From an uncultured Novosphingobium sp. (lineage in GTDB: Bacteria > Pseudomonadota > Alphaproteobacteria > Sphingomonadales > Sphingomonadaceae), in NCBI GenBank assembly GCA_964550775.1, contig CAZKAX010000003.1, forward strand, positions 1,740-65,739: a stretch of DNA of 64,000 nt, written 5' to 3'. Shown here piece by piece: positions 20,314 through 30,604 of this stretch. The notes beneath the pieces are model-generated. The model was given only the letters and a program-made list of their open reading frames with translations, did no database searches and had not been told where the DNA came from. Positions within the stretch are counted from its first letter, which is position 1, and each line of letters starts with the position of its first letter. The translations under genes and the position numbers were made by a program.

Positions 20314-20401
20314 GTGATTTCCACCCGGAAGTTTCGTGCTTCTTAAGACTCTTGACAGGTTATGCCATCCCATAGACCGTTTGCCTTGGGAGGGATGGAA
20401 C

Positions 20402-20923
20402 ATGCCTCACAGGAACTTGACGCCTGAGACGGTCTTCAAGCCAAGCAGCCCGCCGGGCAGTGAACCCGTCTTCGCGTTCGCCAATTCTGGTCCGCGCGGG
20501 TGCGAGCAGGATCAGTACAAGCAGCTCATCAATGCAGAGCTTGCGCGCCAGAACATCCTGCCGGCGCACCTCGCCGATCGCATGCGCCTTTCGCGCGCCA
20601 AGCTGCACAAGATACTCAAGCAAACCAACCCGCTGACGGACGAACTGCGCGACCGCATCTTCGACGAATTGGGCATGGACCACGTCCGCGCCAAGATCAG
20701 CGTGGCTCTGCTCCACGACCCGCTGGCCTATGTCGAGCAATCGGTCTTTCTTGCGACCGAGAGCTTGAAGAGCTTCTACCTTGAGGTGTTGACCTGCAGG
20801 CGCGGGTCGATCGAGGTCGATCTGCGGCCAGCGGTGATCCATGAGGCGGCCCGGCGAGCCTATGACCTGCTCCTTTCGCACCAGGAGCGGGTCTTGCAAA
20901 ACAACCAGACCCTGCAGGCCTGA
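20402..20923 (+). CDS. Hypothetical protein with an XRE/Cro-like HTH
   Basis: LINAELARQNILPAHLADRMRLSRAKLHKIL...IFDELGM; GGAGGG RBS. Confidence 0.6.
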   Translation: MPHRNLTPETVFKPSSPPGSEPVFAFANSGPRGCEQDQYKQLINAELARQNILPAHLADRMRLSRAKLHKILKQTNPLTDELRDRIFDELGMDHVRAKISVALLHDPLAYVEQSVFLATESLKSFYLEVLTCRRGSIEVDLRPAVIHEAARRAYDLLLSHQERVLQNNQTLQA

Positions 20924-20933
20924 CGGGCCGCAT

Positions 20934-21206
20934 ATGAGTTCTCAGACCATCGCCGCCTGGACCCAGCTCTATGCCGCGGTTGGGCTGCTCGCTGCGATTT
21001 GCTCGGGCTGCGCGCTCCTCAAGACCATCTTCGACATCCGCACGGGCATGATCGCTCCGCCACAAGGTAGGGGACTGCGTTGGCTACTGTGGTTTCCAAA
21101 GGTTTGGCTGCATTTTCAGCTCAGCTACCTGCGCGGTTTTCCGAGCATTTTGGCGATTGCGATCCTGTATGCCCACTATATCGGGTTTTCCACGTTCGTG
21201 CCCTGA
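20934..21206 (+). CDS. Small hypothetical membrane protein
   Basis: 90 aa with hydrophobic segments; begins 10 bp after the previous gene. Confidence 0.5.
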   Translation: MSSQTIAAWTQLYAAVGLLAAICSGCALLKTIFDIRTGMIAPPQGRGLRWLLWFPKVWLHFQLSYLRGFPSILAIAILYAHYIGFSTFVP

Positions 21207-22027
21207 TAGCTAATGAGCGATACCTCACGGTAGCCTGAGGCTCGCACCGCCGTGCTGGCCGCTATCGCTCGTGCAGCAACATCCGGGCCTGGCCCCTCAA
21301 GCTGAGTGAGACGGACCCAGTTGGTTGTGATGGCCCGAACGTAATTGACGGTTTCCGCGATTGCAGGAACGTTACCCAGCGCAAGTGAACGACGTTCGGG
21401 CCCAGCATTGTACGCGGCCAAGGCCAGATCGACGCGCCCAAAGCGATCAAGTTGCTGACGAAGGTATCGTGCCCCCGCCCTCATGTTGGCAAGCGCGTCC
21501 CAAGGGTTCCTTAGCTCTAGATTTTTCGCTGTACCCGGCATGACTTGCATCATGCCCATTGCCCCCGCCCGGCTTAGTGCCCACGCCTTGTATCCTGACT
21601 CCTGAGCAATGACTGCGTCCAGAAGGCTTTCAGGCAGCCCGTTTTCGCAAGCAATGGCGGACATCGCAGCAAAATAGGCTCCTCGGCGGATCTCCACCTC
21701 GGGAGTCAACCACCAGGTCGGGCGGTACCCATTCTGCCGGCATAATGTAGATGTGAACGGCGCTTTGATGCTTCGTTGTGTCGGTTCGAAAGAATAAGAC
21801 GGACCATTCGCGCCGATAGCGTGAGCTCCCTCGCTGATGCCGGGCGCGTCGATCGACTCAATCATCCCTTCAAAATGGGTGCTTAGTGCGGCTCCGACGC
21901 CTCTCTGCTCATTGTTCGGGACAACGGTAAACGGAGAAAAACGGACAAGATCAACTTCTCTGGCTCTCGCGGCTGAGACGCAAATCATTGCGGCCGCTAA
22001 GATCGAACTACATTTAAATGAAATCAC
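21176..22027 (-). CDS. Lytic transglycosylase (SLT, VirB1-like)
   Basis: AVIAQES, GAMGMMQVMP, GARYL and ALAAYNAG motifs. Confidence 0.92.
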   Translation of the reverse strand: MISFKCSSILAAAMICVSAARAREVDLVRFSPFTVVPNNEQRGVGAALSTHFEGMIESIDAPGISEGAHAIGANGPSYSFEPTQRSIKAPFTSTLCRQNGYRPTWWLTPEVEIRRGAYFAAMSAIACENGLPESLLDAVIAQESGYKAWALSRAGAMGMMQVMPGTAKNLELRNPWDALANMRAGARYLRQQLDRFGRVDLALAAYNAGPERRSLALGNVPAIAETVNYVRAITTNWVRLTQLEGPGPDVAARAIAASTAVRASGYREVSLISYQGTNVENPI

Positions 22028-22139
22028 GACACACCCTTCCAGGGAGCGTGCCGATCTGATCGAGAATGCGCTTGATTAGAAAATCAAAGATGGAAAGCAG
22101 AGTCAATCTCTGCGTAAACCCGGCAGGCGGGCCAAGCAG

Positions 22140-22859
22140 ATGCCCGACGACATTCATGCTGCGATGCTGGCAGCGCCCGACTTTTCAAATGGTGTCCACC
22201 CCGTGACAATTCAACGCCTGCGGAACATCGTAAATCTCTCTGTCACGACGCTGTTCCGCCAGATCGGCGGTGGACGGGTGCGGTGCGAAAGCGAAGCAAC
22301 CCTCCAACTACATTTGGGACGGATCATCGCGACAGCGGCGGATCTGGAGATGACGAGTGAGAACGAGACATTCTCAGTGGAGCTCGAAAAACCCCTCCGC
22401 AGCGCCGATGGTAGGCGTGGAAGAATCGATATCTGGTTTAAGCTGAGGGACAATCATGGCCGCGATTGGCGCTGCGCCATCGAGCTTAAATTCTTCAAGC
22501 GCGAAAACCATCGAGAGCCAAACAATAGATACGATGTTTTCAAAGACATAGCTCGACTGGAGAGTTGCGCAGACGTAGCGGACATTGGCTTTATGTTAGT
22601 AGCAACCGACCATCGGCACTACATCGATCAGGCTTCATATTCAGACGTCACAAGCGACTTCGATTTTCGCCACGGATCGCAATACATATCTGGTAATACA
22701 CTGACCTACAAAACCGGTGGCTATGGCCAGCCAATCACGCTGACGGGTAGTTACGTTTTCAATTGGTCAGATCTTGCGTCGAACATGCCATATATTCTGG
22801 TCGAAATACCACCTCTCAGCACTGAGCATGAAATAGGAGGTCCCTTGCAAGCCGGCTAA
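22140..22859 (+). CDS. Putative PD-(D/E)XK-superfamily nuclease
   Basis: E(ATLQ)...GRIDIW...AIELKF...DIARLE catalytic-like pattern; visibly more AT-rich than the tra genes. Confidence 0.6.
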   Translation: MPDDIHAAMLAAPDFSNGVHPVTIQRLRNIVNLSVTTLFRQIGGGRVRCESEATLQLHLGRIIATAADLEMTSENETFSVELEKPLRSADGRRGRIDIWFKLRDNHGRDWRCAIELKFFKRENHREPNNRYDVFKDIARLESCADVADIGFMLVATDHRHYIDQASYSDVTSDFDFRHGSQYISGNTLTYKTGGYGQPITLTGSYVFNWSDLASNMPYILVEIPPLSTEHEIGGPLQAG

Positions 22860-22962
22860 CCGTGGCGATCAAGTGCATGGCTTCCGTCACATCGGAAACC
22901 CTTCGAGTGATATGCTCACCGACAAAGGTCAGCCCAAGTCTGAGCACCATTCAACCTGTGCG

Positions 22963-24402
22963 TCACAGTGCCGCATCTACAGGCGCATGACTGTCCTCCC
23001 GCTCGACTTGCCGCAAGCCCATAGCTGACAAATCCAATACGAGCGGTCGAAGCACAGCTCTTGTAGCCGCGCCACCTTGGGCAAGGACGTCGATGAAGTC
23101 CTCCTGATTGGGCTGGCCGAGAGCCAATCGATAGATCAGTCGTTGCTCACGAAGCCGAGCAAATTGCACCATGTCACGGCCGAAGGGCCGCTCGAAGACG
23201 TGCCGTTGCACTTCGGCACCATCGAACACCCACCAGGGTCGCAGTCCGCTAGCGTCGGCCAAATCGCCGGCGAGACTCTGAAGGCGCAGCCACGGGGAAC
23301 CGGACAAGCCATTGTTGAGGACGACGTCTTTGAGGTGTTCCGCCAGACGCCTCCTGACGACCAGCCCAGCATAACGTTGAACCCGTCCCTCCCTCTGTTC
23401 CAAATCCAACGGGTTCGAGGACAGGTCCCAATGGACAACGCGCGAACACCAAGGATGGAAGTCTAGCCCCTCTTGGCCAACTGAGGTGGTTGCGAGGACA
23501 TGCGGCCAGAATGGGGTATTGAAGCTGCGGCGCACCTCATCTGGGCGTGCAGGTGCTGCCGATGCAGCCGTGCTTTTGGAAACCGGTTCAGCTTCCGCGT
23601 CGCCGAAGGGAACTGCCACATGACAACGAACCGGTATCTTGTGCTTCTGTCCACCAAGACCATGGAAGCTGAAGCTGCCCGCCCGCAAGCCGAGCGAGGT
23701 GCCAACATCTCTGAGCAGGCCAAGTGCGCCTTCAGGCAAATTCTGCGTTCGAAACCAACAATGTTCATCCAGAACACTCTCCAGCCCGCCATCGACCGAA
23801 GCACGCATCACCTTGTCGACAGCATTGGTCCCCGACAGTGCCGAAAGGATCACAGGGTTGTCGAGATAGGCCCGAAAACCCTGCCAGCTAAGCTCAACAA
23901 GTTCAGCAAAGCGACTGGGATGGAGAATTGATGAGTCGTGCCGGTAAAGCGCACGGCCGAGTACAATTCCCGGTGCGCCCATAGCGTGGTCAACCAGATC
24001 CTCAAGCTCGAGTGGAGACAAGCGGTCCAACGGAGCCGTTCGACGCCATTTTGCAATCGCCGACCGTGCTGCACGATCATCGCCGATAACGCCGCTCCAC
24101 GCCTGAGCGGACAATTCGAGCATACCGGCCCAGCGCTCAATTGCACCGATTACGATCGCTACCGACCGGTGAGCTCTGCGCGCCTTTGCGGTGCCTTTCT
24201 TCACGATGCCCTTGGGAAGGCTCGCCAGGATCTGGCGACGTACAGCCTTGCGTGCATCCGCAAGCTTGACACCTTTCGCCTGCAATGGATCGGTGTTCTG
24301 GATCAGCCATGGTGACGGGTGAAAGGCTGCCAAGACCGGACCCGGCAGTGCTGAGAGTTTGAAACGCCGTCGCCTATACGCCTTTTCATAGCCACCCCGG
24401 GC
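22963..24402 (-). pseudogene. C-terminal part of an SF2 helicase, 5' end removed at the IS21 boundary
   Basis: Helicase_C motifs FNTPFWPHVLATTSVGQEGLDFH and WDLSSNPLDLEQREGRVQRY, but no Walker A or DExx. The frame runs directly into the IS terminus at 24403. Confidence 0.85.
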
Positions 24403-24517
24403 TGTGGATCGGCGTGCAAAAAGGACCCCGTTATGGGGGTGATCGGCGTCTAAAAGGGACCCCCATCTCGATGGTTTAGTTGCGTCCGTTTGGTGATGAC
24501 CAGACGGCGGGATCGGG

Positions 24518-26032
24518 ATGTTGATATTGGAGACGGTGGTAAGGATCCGGCGCGAGCACGCGGACGGTAAATCGATCAAGGCGATCGCGCGTGACCTGCG
24601 GGTGTCGCGCAAGGTGATAAGGAAGGCGATCCGGGCTCCCGAGGCGGGATTTGCCTATCGGCGGTCAGTGCAGCCGCTTCCCCGGATTGGGCCGTTCCAG
24701 GAGCGCCTGGACACTCTGCTGACGGAGAACGAGGCACGGCCGCGGCGCGAGCGCCTGCGGATGACACGGGTCCATGACCTGCTGCTGCGCGAGGGGTTCG
24801 ACGGTTCCTACGATGCCGTGAGGCGCTATGCGAAGCGCTGGCTGGATGATCGGCGCAAGGATGCCGGCGACGGCGCTGCGGCGTTCATCCCGCTGATGTT
24901 CCGGCCGGGCGAGGCGTACCAGTTCGACTGGAGCCACGAGGACGTGGAGATCGCCGGCAAGCCGATGCGGGTGAAGGTCGCCCACACGCGGCTATGCGCC
25001 TCGCGAGCGGTGTACGTGCGGGCCTATCCCCGCGAGACGCAGGAGATGGTGTTCGACGCCCATGCGCGGGCGTTCGCCTTCTTCGGCGGCGTGCCGACGC
25101 GCGGCATCTACGACAACATGAAGACCGCGGTGACGACGGTGTTCACCGGCAAGGAACGGGTGTTCAACCGCCGCTTCTTGATCATGGCCGACCACTACAT
25201 GATCGAGCCCACCGCCTGTTCGCCGGCGGCAGGTTGGGAGAAGGGCCAGGTCGAGCACCAGGTACAGACGATCCGCGGACGGTTCTTCCAGCCCCGGCTG
25301 CGCTTCTCAAGCCTGGAGGAGCTGAACGGGTGGCTAGAGGCAGAGTGCCGCCGGTGGGCGGCGCTGCACTCGCATCCCGAGCAGAAGGAGCTGACCGTTG
25401 CCCAGGCATGGGACGCCGAACGCCCTGCGCTACAGGTGATGCTGGCGCCGTTCGACGGCTTCCACGAGACGTCACACGCGGTGACCGGCACCTGCCTGAT
25501 CAGCTTCGACCGCAACCGCTACTCGGTCATGGCCAAGGCAGCCCGGCGTGCGGTGCAGGTGCGTGCCTATGCCGACCGGATCGTGGTCCGTCTGGACGAT
25601 GAGGTCATCGCCGAACATCCCCGCTTCTTCGGCCGTGATCGGATGATCCTCGACCCGTGGCATTACCTGCCGGTGCTGGCCAAGAAGCCGGGCGCCTTGA
25701 GGAACGGGGCGCCGTTCCAGGACTGGGATCTCCCACCGGCGCTGGCTCGGCTCAGGCGCAAGCTCGGGACTGGCGATGACGCCGACCGCCGGTTCGTGCG
25801 CGTGTTATCTGCCGTGCTCACCGACGGGCTCGAAGCGGTCGAGGACACGATCCGCGAAGCGCTCGCCGCCGGTGCTGCCAGTGACGATGTGATCCTCAAC
25901 ATCCTGGCGCGGCGGCGCGAGCCGCCCCGGCCGCTGACGATCGCCACGTCCGATGCCCTCGCGCTCAGCCACCCACCGACCGCCGACTGCGCCCGCTACG
26001 ATCTGCTGCGAGGCGCCCGTGCAGCGGCATGA
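24518..26032 (+). CDS. istA: IS21-family transposase IstA
   Basis: N-terminal HTH and DDE core ([19 protein letters not shown]). Confidence 0.95.
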   Translation: MLILETVVRIRREHADGKSIKAIARDLRVSRKVIRKAIRAPEAGFAYRRSVQPLPRIGPFQERLDTLLTENEARPRRERLRMTRVHDLLLREGFDGSYDAVRRYAKRWLDDRRKDAGDGAAAFIPLMFRPGEAYQFDWSHEDVEIAGKPMRVKVAHTRLCASRAVYVRAYPRETQEMVFDAHARAFAFFGGVPTRGIYDNMKTAVTTVFTGKERVFNRRFLIMADHYMIEPTACSPAAGWEKGQVEHQVQTIRGRFFQPRLRFSSLEELNGWLEAECRRWAALHSHPEQKELTVAQAWDAERPALQVMLAPFDGFHETSHAVTGTCLISFDRNRYSVMAKAARRAVQVRAYADRIVVRLDDEVIAEHPRFFGRDRMILDPWHYLPVLAKKPGALRNGAPFQDWDLPPALARLRRKLGTGDDADRRFVRVLSAVLTDGLEAVEDTIREALAAGAASDDVILNILARRREPPRPLTIATSDALALSHPPTADCARYDLLRGARAAA

Positions 26033-26747
26033 GATGATCGCCGCGATGAGCAGCTTGGGGCTCAAGGGCATGGCTGGCGCGTTCGACGAGGCCGTCACCA
26101 CGGGCATGCAGCGCAAGCGCACCGCCATGGAGATCCTGACCGACCTGCTCCGCGCTGAGGCTGCTCATCGCCACGCGGCCTCGATCCGCTATCGCATGAC
26201 CGCGGCCAAGCTGCAGGTGGTCAAGGACATCGACGCGTTCGTGTTCGAGGGCACGCCGATCAACGAAGAGCTGGTACGCTCGCTCCATGCTGGAGCGTTC
26301 CTGCCCGGTCAGCGCAACATCGTCTTGGTCGGCGGCACCGGGACCGGGAAGACTCATCTGGCGGTCGCGATCACTGCCAGCGTCGTGCGTGCCGGTGCCC
26401 GCGGTCGCTACTTTAACACCGTCGATCTGGTGAACCGGCTCGAGGAAGAGAGCCGCCTCGGCAAGGCCGGCGCGCTCGCGGCCCAGCTCTCGCGCCTCGA
26501 CCTCGTCGTGCTAGACGAGCTTGGCTATCTGCCGTTCGCCCGCTCGGGCGGCCAGCTGCTGTTCCACCTCGTCAGCAAGCTCTACGAGCGCACCTCGGTA
26601 ATCATCACCACGAACCTGGCGTTCGGCGAGTGGCCCACCGTGTTCGGCGACCCAAAGATGACCGCCGCGCTGCTCGACCGCATCACGCATCACTGCGACA
26701 TCGTTGAGACCGGCAACGACAGCTGGCGCCTCAGAAACCGAAGCTAA
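26019..26747 (+). CDS. istB: IS21 helper ATPase IstB
   Basis: [24 protein letters not shown] and LLDRITHH motifs; GTG start overlapping istA. Confidence 0.95.
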   Translation: MQRHEMIAAMSSLGLKGMAGAFDEAVTTGMQRKRTAMEILTDLLRAEAAHRHAASIRYRMTAAKLQVVKDIDAFVFEGTPINEELVRSLHAGAFLPGQRNIVLVGGTGTGKTHLAVAITASVVRAGARGRYFNTVDLVNRLEEESRLGKAGALAAQLSRLDLVVLDELGYLPFARSGGQLLFHLVSKLYERTSVIITTNLAFGEWPTVFGDPKMTAALLDRITHHCDIVETGNDSWRLRNRS

Positions 26748-26951
26748 AACCCTCCCCCCGGACCCCCCCACCCGGCGGTTGACCCGGTGGGTCCACAGGA
26801 ACCTCCCACGGCCGGCACCGCCAGCGCTTGGGGGGCGCGCAGCGCCGGCCGTGGGTCCCTCCTATGGACTACCGGGACAACCGCCTGGCAACCCGAAAAG
26901 GGGGTCCCTATTGCACGCCGATATGGGGTCCCGGTTCGACGCCTATTTACA

Positions 26952-27413
26952 GATTTCGGCAATCGCTCCCGGGTCGCGGGTCCGCATCTTCGGATTTCCC
27001 GGACGTGCGCCACGCGCTACGGCTGCTTTGATGCCTGCACGCGTCCGCTCACGGATCAACGCCCGCTCGAATTCCGCAAACGCGCCCAGCATCTGCGTCA
27101 TCAGCATGCCCTGCGCGCTCGAGGTATCGATTGGATCGTTGATCGAGCGGAAGTAGGCTCCCTTGGCGCGAAGTGTCTCGACGATCTCGAGCAAATGCGA
27201 CAGCGAACGCGCCAGACGGTCGATCCGCACCACCAACAGGGTGTCGCCCTTCCCGACCCGCTCCAGCGCCCGAGCAAGGTTCGGCCGCTCCTTGCTGGCG
27301 CCGCTCGCCTTGTCCTCGAAGATCACCGAGCAGCCCTGCGCGCGCAGGGCATCCTGCTGGGCTGCGGTGTCCTGTTCGTCGGTCGAAACCCGGGCGTAGC
27401 CGATCAGGGTCAT
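26952..27413 (-). pseudogene. tnpR: Serine resolvase, C-terminus truncated by IS21
   Basis: LIGYARVST, DRLARS and AEFERALIRERT motifs. The frame enters the IS at 26951 and stops at 26943, so the DNA-binding domain is missing. Confidence 0.88.
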
Positions 27414-27431
27414 TTGTCACATTTCATAGAA

Positions 27432-27469
27432 GGGGACACCTCAAGGTCTGTTCGCCAGACAACGCTAAG
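27432..27469 (+). repeat. Tn3-type terminal inverted repeat (left)
   Basis: 38 bp, begins GGGG and ends ACGCTAAG as in Tn3-family IRs. Confidence 0.85.
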
Positions 27470-27574
27470 CCAGACAGATCCAGAACACTCCACGCCAACT
27501 TTGTGCATGTTTGCCCTGCCCCACAGGTCTAACCTGACCGATTGGGGGTCATTCCGACTCAGGTGAGGAGCAAC

Positions 27575-30544
27575 ATGGCGCGGCGCAATCTGTTGACAAA
27601 GGAAGATCGCGAGCGACTATTCCTGCCACGAACCGACCAGTTCTCGATTATCAAGAACTACACGTTGTCGGCCGAAGACCTGGACGTCATCGGCAAGCGA
27701 CGAGGTGCCGTTAACCGGCTCGGCATTGCAGTTCACCTTGCCCTGCTTCGCCACCCTGGATTTGGCTTCCGCACGAACTCAGACATCCCAGAGGCTGTGC
27801 TCAGCTACCTTGCTGCACAGATTTGCGTCCCGCCAGAAGTGTTCGAATCCTATGGGCAACGTCAGCAAACGCGAACCGATCATAGTCTGACTGCCGCAGA
27901 GTATCTCGTGCTCCGGCCGTTCACGCGCGCGGACGTGACCCACGCCATCGAAGTTGCAGCTCGAGCAGCGATGCAGAGCGACCGCGGAGAGACGATTGCC
28001 CGGTCATTGATGGAAAGCCTGAAGGCGGATCGATTCATTCTTCCGTTGCCGGACACCCTCGAACGGTCCGGACTTGCCGGGCGAGCCCGCGCCCGCAAGC
28101 GCGCAGCTACCGAGATCGTGGCAGAATTGAATGACACGACGTTGGAGTTGCTCGATGCACTCCTGATCCACGAGCCAAACCTGGGTATGACGCCCTTGGC
28201 CTGGCTCCGCGACATGCCAGGATCCCCGTCGACCAAGAACATGAACGCGCTACTCAAGCGCCTGAAGTATATCCGACAGCTCGGTATTGATCCCGGGATC
28301 AGCCTGGCCACGACAGGCTTCCGCTTCGGCCAATTCGTTCGCGAAGGCGCCGTGGCTCCGCCATTTCTGCTCGCGGATTACTCTCATAATCGACGCAGGG
28401 CGACGCTGGCAGCCGCAGTGGTCAATCTGGAGGTTCGTCTCGCTGACGCTGCAATCCTGATGTTCGAGCGTTTGATTGGTGGGCTCTTCACGCGCGCTAG
28501 GCGGGGCCAGGAGCGACGTTATCAGGACACTGCACCATCGGTCGGCAAACTCATGCGCCTGTTCGGCGCAACCATCGCGGCGCTGGACTTGGCGGAAGAA
28601 ACCGGCGGCGATCCATTGACCCTCGTCGATGAAATGGTTGGCTGGCATCGCCTTATGGCTGCTCGCCCTCACGTCGAAGCCCTGGCTGATCTCGCACAGG
28701 AGGATACGCTGGTCATGGCGACCGAGCGGTACGCTACCCTGCGACGATTTTCCGGCAGCTTCCTCGACACCTTCACGTTCAAGGCTTCAGGTAGCGGGAC
28801 GAACCTGCTCTCGGCTATCGATCTCCTCAAGCAGACCAACGCCAGTCGCGGAGCTCACCTGCCGGAAGACCCGCCCATGCCCTTTGCCAATCGGCAATGG
28901 CCCAAGTTGATCATGGAGGGCGGGAAGCTCAACCGCGCTCGATACGAGACGGCGGTACTCGCTACTCTGCGTGACAAACTGCGGGCCGGCGACGTGTGGG
29001 TCGAAGGAACGCGAGCCTACCAGCGGTTCGATGCCTATCTGCTCCCCCGCAAAGCCGCAAAATCTGCGATCGCCGACTTGCCAATCAACGTGAACGCAGG
29101 GGAATATCTGGCTGACAAGAGTGCCGAACTTGATCGACGATTGCGCCACTTTGCGCACCAGCTGCAAACCGGCCACTTGCCGGGTGTCGCTCTCGTTCGT
29201 GACAAGCTGAAGATTGTGCCGCTGCAGGCGGCAACTCCGCCGGAGGCGGAAGCCCTGGACCGCAGGCTCGATGCGCTTCTCCCGCGCATCCGGATCACCG
29301 AACTCTTGTTCGAGGTTGCCGAGCGCACCGGGTTTCTTGCAGCATTTCGGGATGTCCGCTCGGGTAAGGAGCACGACAAGCCTCACGCCGTACTCGCCGC
29401 CATTCTGGCAGATGGCACAAACCTCGGTGTCGAGCGCATGGCCAATGCAAGCCAAGGTGTGACCTACGCCCAGCTCGCCTGGACCCAGAACTGGTATATC
29501 TCTCCAGAAAACTACGAGGCCGCTCTGGCCCAGATTGTGCGCGAGCATCACCGATTACCCTTTGCACGCAACTGGGGCGAAGGTGTCAGCGCATCATCCG
29601 ATGGCCAGTTTTTCCGCACCGGCCGGATCCGCTCGGGCGCAGCCGAAATCAATGCGAAGTACGGTCACGAGCCAGGCATCAAGATCTACTCTCACCTGTC
29701 CGACCACTTCGCGTCGTTCAGCTCGCGCATCATGTCTGCCACCGCGAGCGAGGCGCCCTATGTGCTCGACGGCCTTATGCTCGGCGCCCGCGAACTGCCG
29801 CTACAGGAACTGTACACCGATACCGGCGGAGCATCCGATCACGTGTTTGGCTTGTGCCATCTGTTGGGATTCCGGTTCGCGCCGCGCATGCGCGACCTGG
29901 CCGATCGCCGCTTGGGTGCCATTGTGGCCAGCTCAACCTACAAGGGCATCGAATGTCTGTTTGGTCAGGCGATCAAGGTCGGTGCGATCGAGGCAGAGTG
30001 GGACGACCTCGTCCGCATGGCGGCATCGATCCGTGAAGGAACCGTTGCCCCGTCGGTCATCCTGCGTAAGCTTTCCGCTTACCGCCGGCAGAACAAGCTC
30101 GATCTGGCCTTGCGCGAACTGGGCCGCATCGAAAGGACACTGTTCACACTCGACTGGCTTGAGCAGCCCGAGCTTCGCCGTGCCTGCCAAGCCGGTTTGA
30201 ACAAGGGCGAGGCCCGGCACGCTTTGGCTGATGCCATCTACACTAATCGACAAGGCCGGTTCACGGACCGCACACTCGAAAACCAGCAATACCGCGCATC
30301 CGGCCTCAACCTGCTCATTGCCGCCATTGCTTACTGGAACACTCTCTATCTCGGCCGCGCTGCAGATCACCTCCGATACTCGGGGCTTGAGATCGACGAG
30401 GCGCTGCTGACGCATGTCTCCCCCTTGGGTTGGTCGCATATCGGCCTGACTGGCGACTATCTGTGGGAAGATGCGTCGTTCAACGGCGGTAGCGGCTTCC
30501 GAGCTCTACATGACCCGAGCGGAAGGCTGCGGCTCGTCGCCTAG
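27575..30544 (+). CDS. tnpA: Tn3-family transposase
   Basis: 989 aa; SSDGQFF, YTDTGG and LNKGEARHALA motifs; GAGGAG RBS before ATG 27575. Confidence 0.96.
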   Translation: MARRNLLTKEDRERLFLPRTDQFSIIKNYTLSAEDLDVIGKRRGAVNRLGIAVHLALLRHPGFGFRTNSDIPEAVLSYLAAQICVPPEVFESYGQRQQTRTDHSLTAAEYLVLRPFTRADVTHAIEVAARAAMQSDRGETIARSLMESLKADRFILPLPDTLERSGLAGRARARKRAATEIVAELNDTTLELLDALLIHEPNLGMTPLAWLRDMPGSPSTKNMNALLKRLKYIRQLGIDPGISLATTGFRFGQFVREGAVAPPFLLADYSHNRRRATLAAAVVNLEVRLADAAILMFERLIGGLFTRARRGQERRYQDTAPSVGKLMRLFGATIAALDLAEETGGDPLTLVDEMVGWHRLMAARPHVEALADLAQEDTLVMATERYATLRRFSGSFLDTFTFKASGSGTNLLSAIDLLKQTNASRGAHLPEDPPMPFANRQWPKLIMEGGKLNRARYETAVLATLRDKLRAGDVWVEGTRAYQRFDAYLLPRKAAKSAIADLPINVNAGEYLADKSAELDRRLRHFAHQLQTGHLPGVALVRDKLKIVPLQAATPPEAEALDRRLDALLPRIRITELLFEVAERTGFLAAFRDVRSGKEHDKPHAVLAAILADGTNLGVERMANASQGVTYAQLAWTQNWYISPENYEAALAQIVREHHRLPFARNWGEGVSASSDGQFFRTGRIRSGAAEINAKYGHEPGIKIYSHLSDHFASFSSRIMSATASEAPYVLDGLMLGARELPLQELYTDTGGASDHVFGLCHLLGFRFAPRMRDLADRRLGAIVASSTYKGIECLFGQAIKVGAIEAEWDDLVRMAASIREGTVAPSVILRKLSAYRRQNKLDLALRELGRIERTLFTLDWLEQPELRRACQAGLNKGEARHALADAIYTNRQGRFTDRTLENQQYRASGLNLLIAAIAYWNTLYLGRAADHLRYSGLEIDEALLTHVSPLGWSHIGLTGDYLWEDASFNGGSGFRALHDPSGRLRLVA

Positions 30545-30564
30545 GGTGTTCTCACTTTGTCCGG

Positions 30565-30602
30565 CTTAGCGTTGTCTGGCGAACAAATCTTGAGGCGAGG
30601 CC
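30565..30602 (-). repeat. Tn3-type terminal inverted repeat (right, degenerate outer end)
   Basis: Reverse complement matches the left IR at 32/38; the terminal GGGG is replaced by GGCC. Confidence 0.8.
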
Positions 30603-30604
30603 TC

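Larger units (their letters stand above)
24403..26951 (+). mobile_element. IS21-family insertion sequence (2549 bp)
   Basis: TG...CA ends, istA-istB, and two 23-bp GATCGGCGT..AAA.GGACCCC-type repeats at each end (24407-24429, 24441-24463; inverted at 26901-26923, 26925-26947). No flanking direct repeat. Confidence 0.95.
27432..30602 (+). mobile_element. Tn3-family tnpA-only unit bounded by 38-bp inverted repeats
   Basis: Left IR GGGGACACCTCAAGGTCTGTTCGCCAGACAACGCTAAG and right IR (reverse complement) GGCCTCGCCTCAAGATTTGTTCGCCAGACAACGCTAAG, 32/38 identical. Confidence 0.8.

Noticed and set aside
24403..24463. Short repeated 23-mers resembling a mini-array
   Set aside because: They are the IS21 terminal transposase-binding repeats, mirrored at 26901-26947. 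No CRISPR repeat-spacer structure or cas genes.
22963..24612. 549-aa IS-helicase chimeric ORF
   Set aside because: The first 70 codons are the antisense of the IS21 left end, from a TTG with no evident RBS. This is a chance open frame, and the ATPase domain is missing.
26748..26900. GC-rich hairpins after istB as a possible ncRNA
   Set aside because: They lie inside the IS right end, and there is no independent evidence for an RNA gene.
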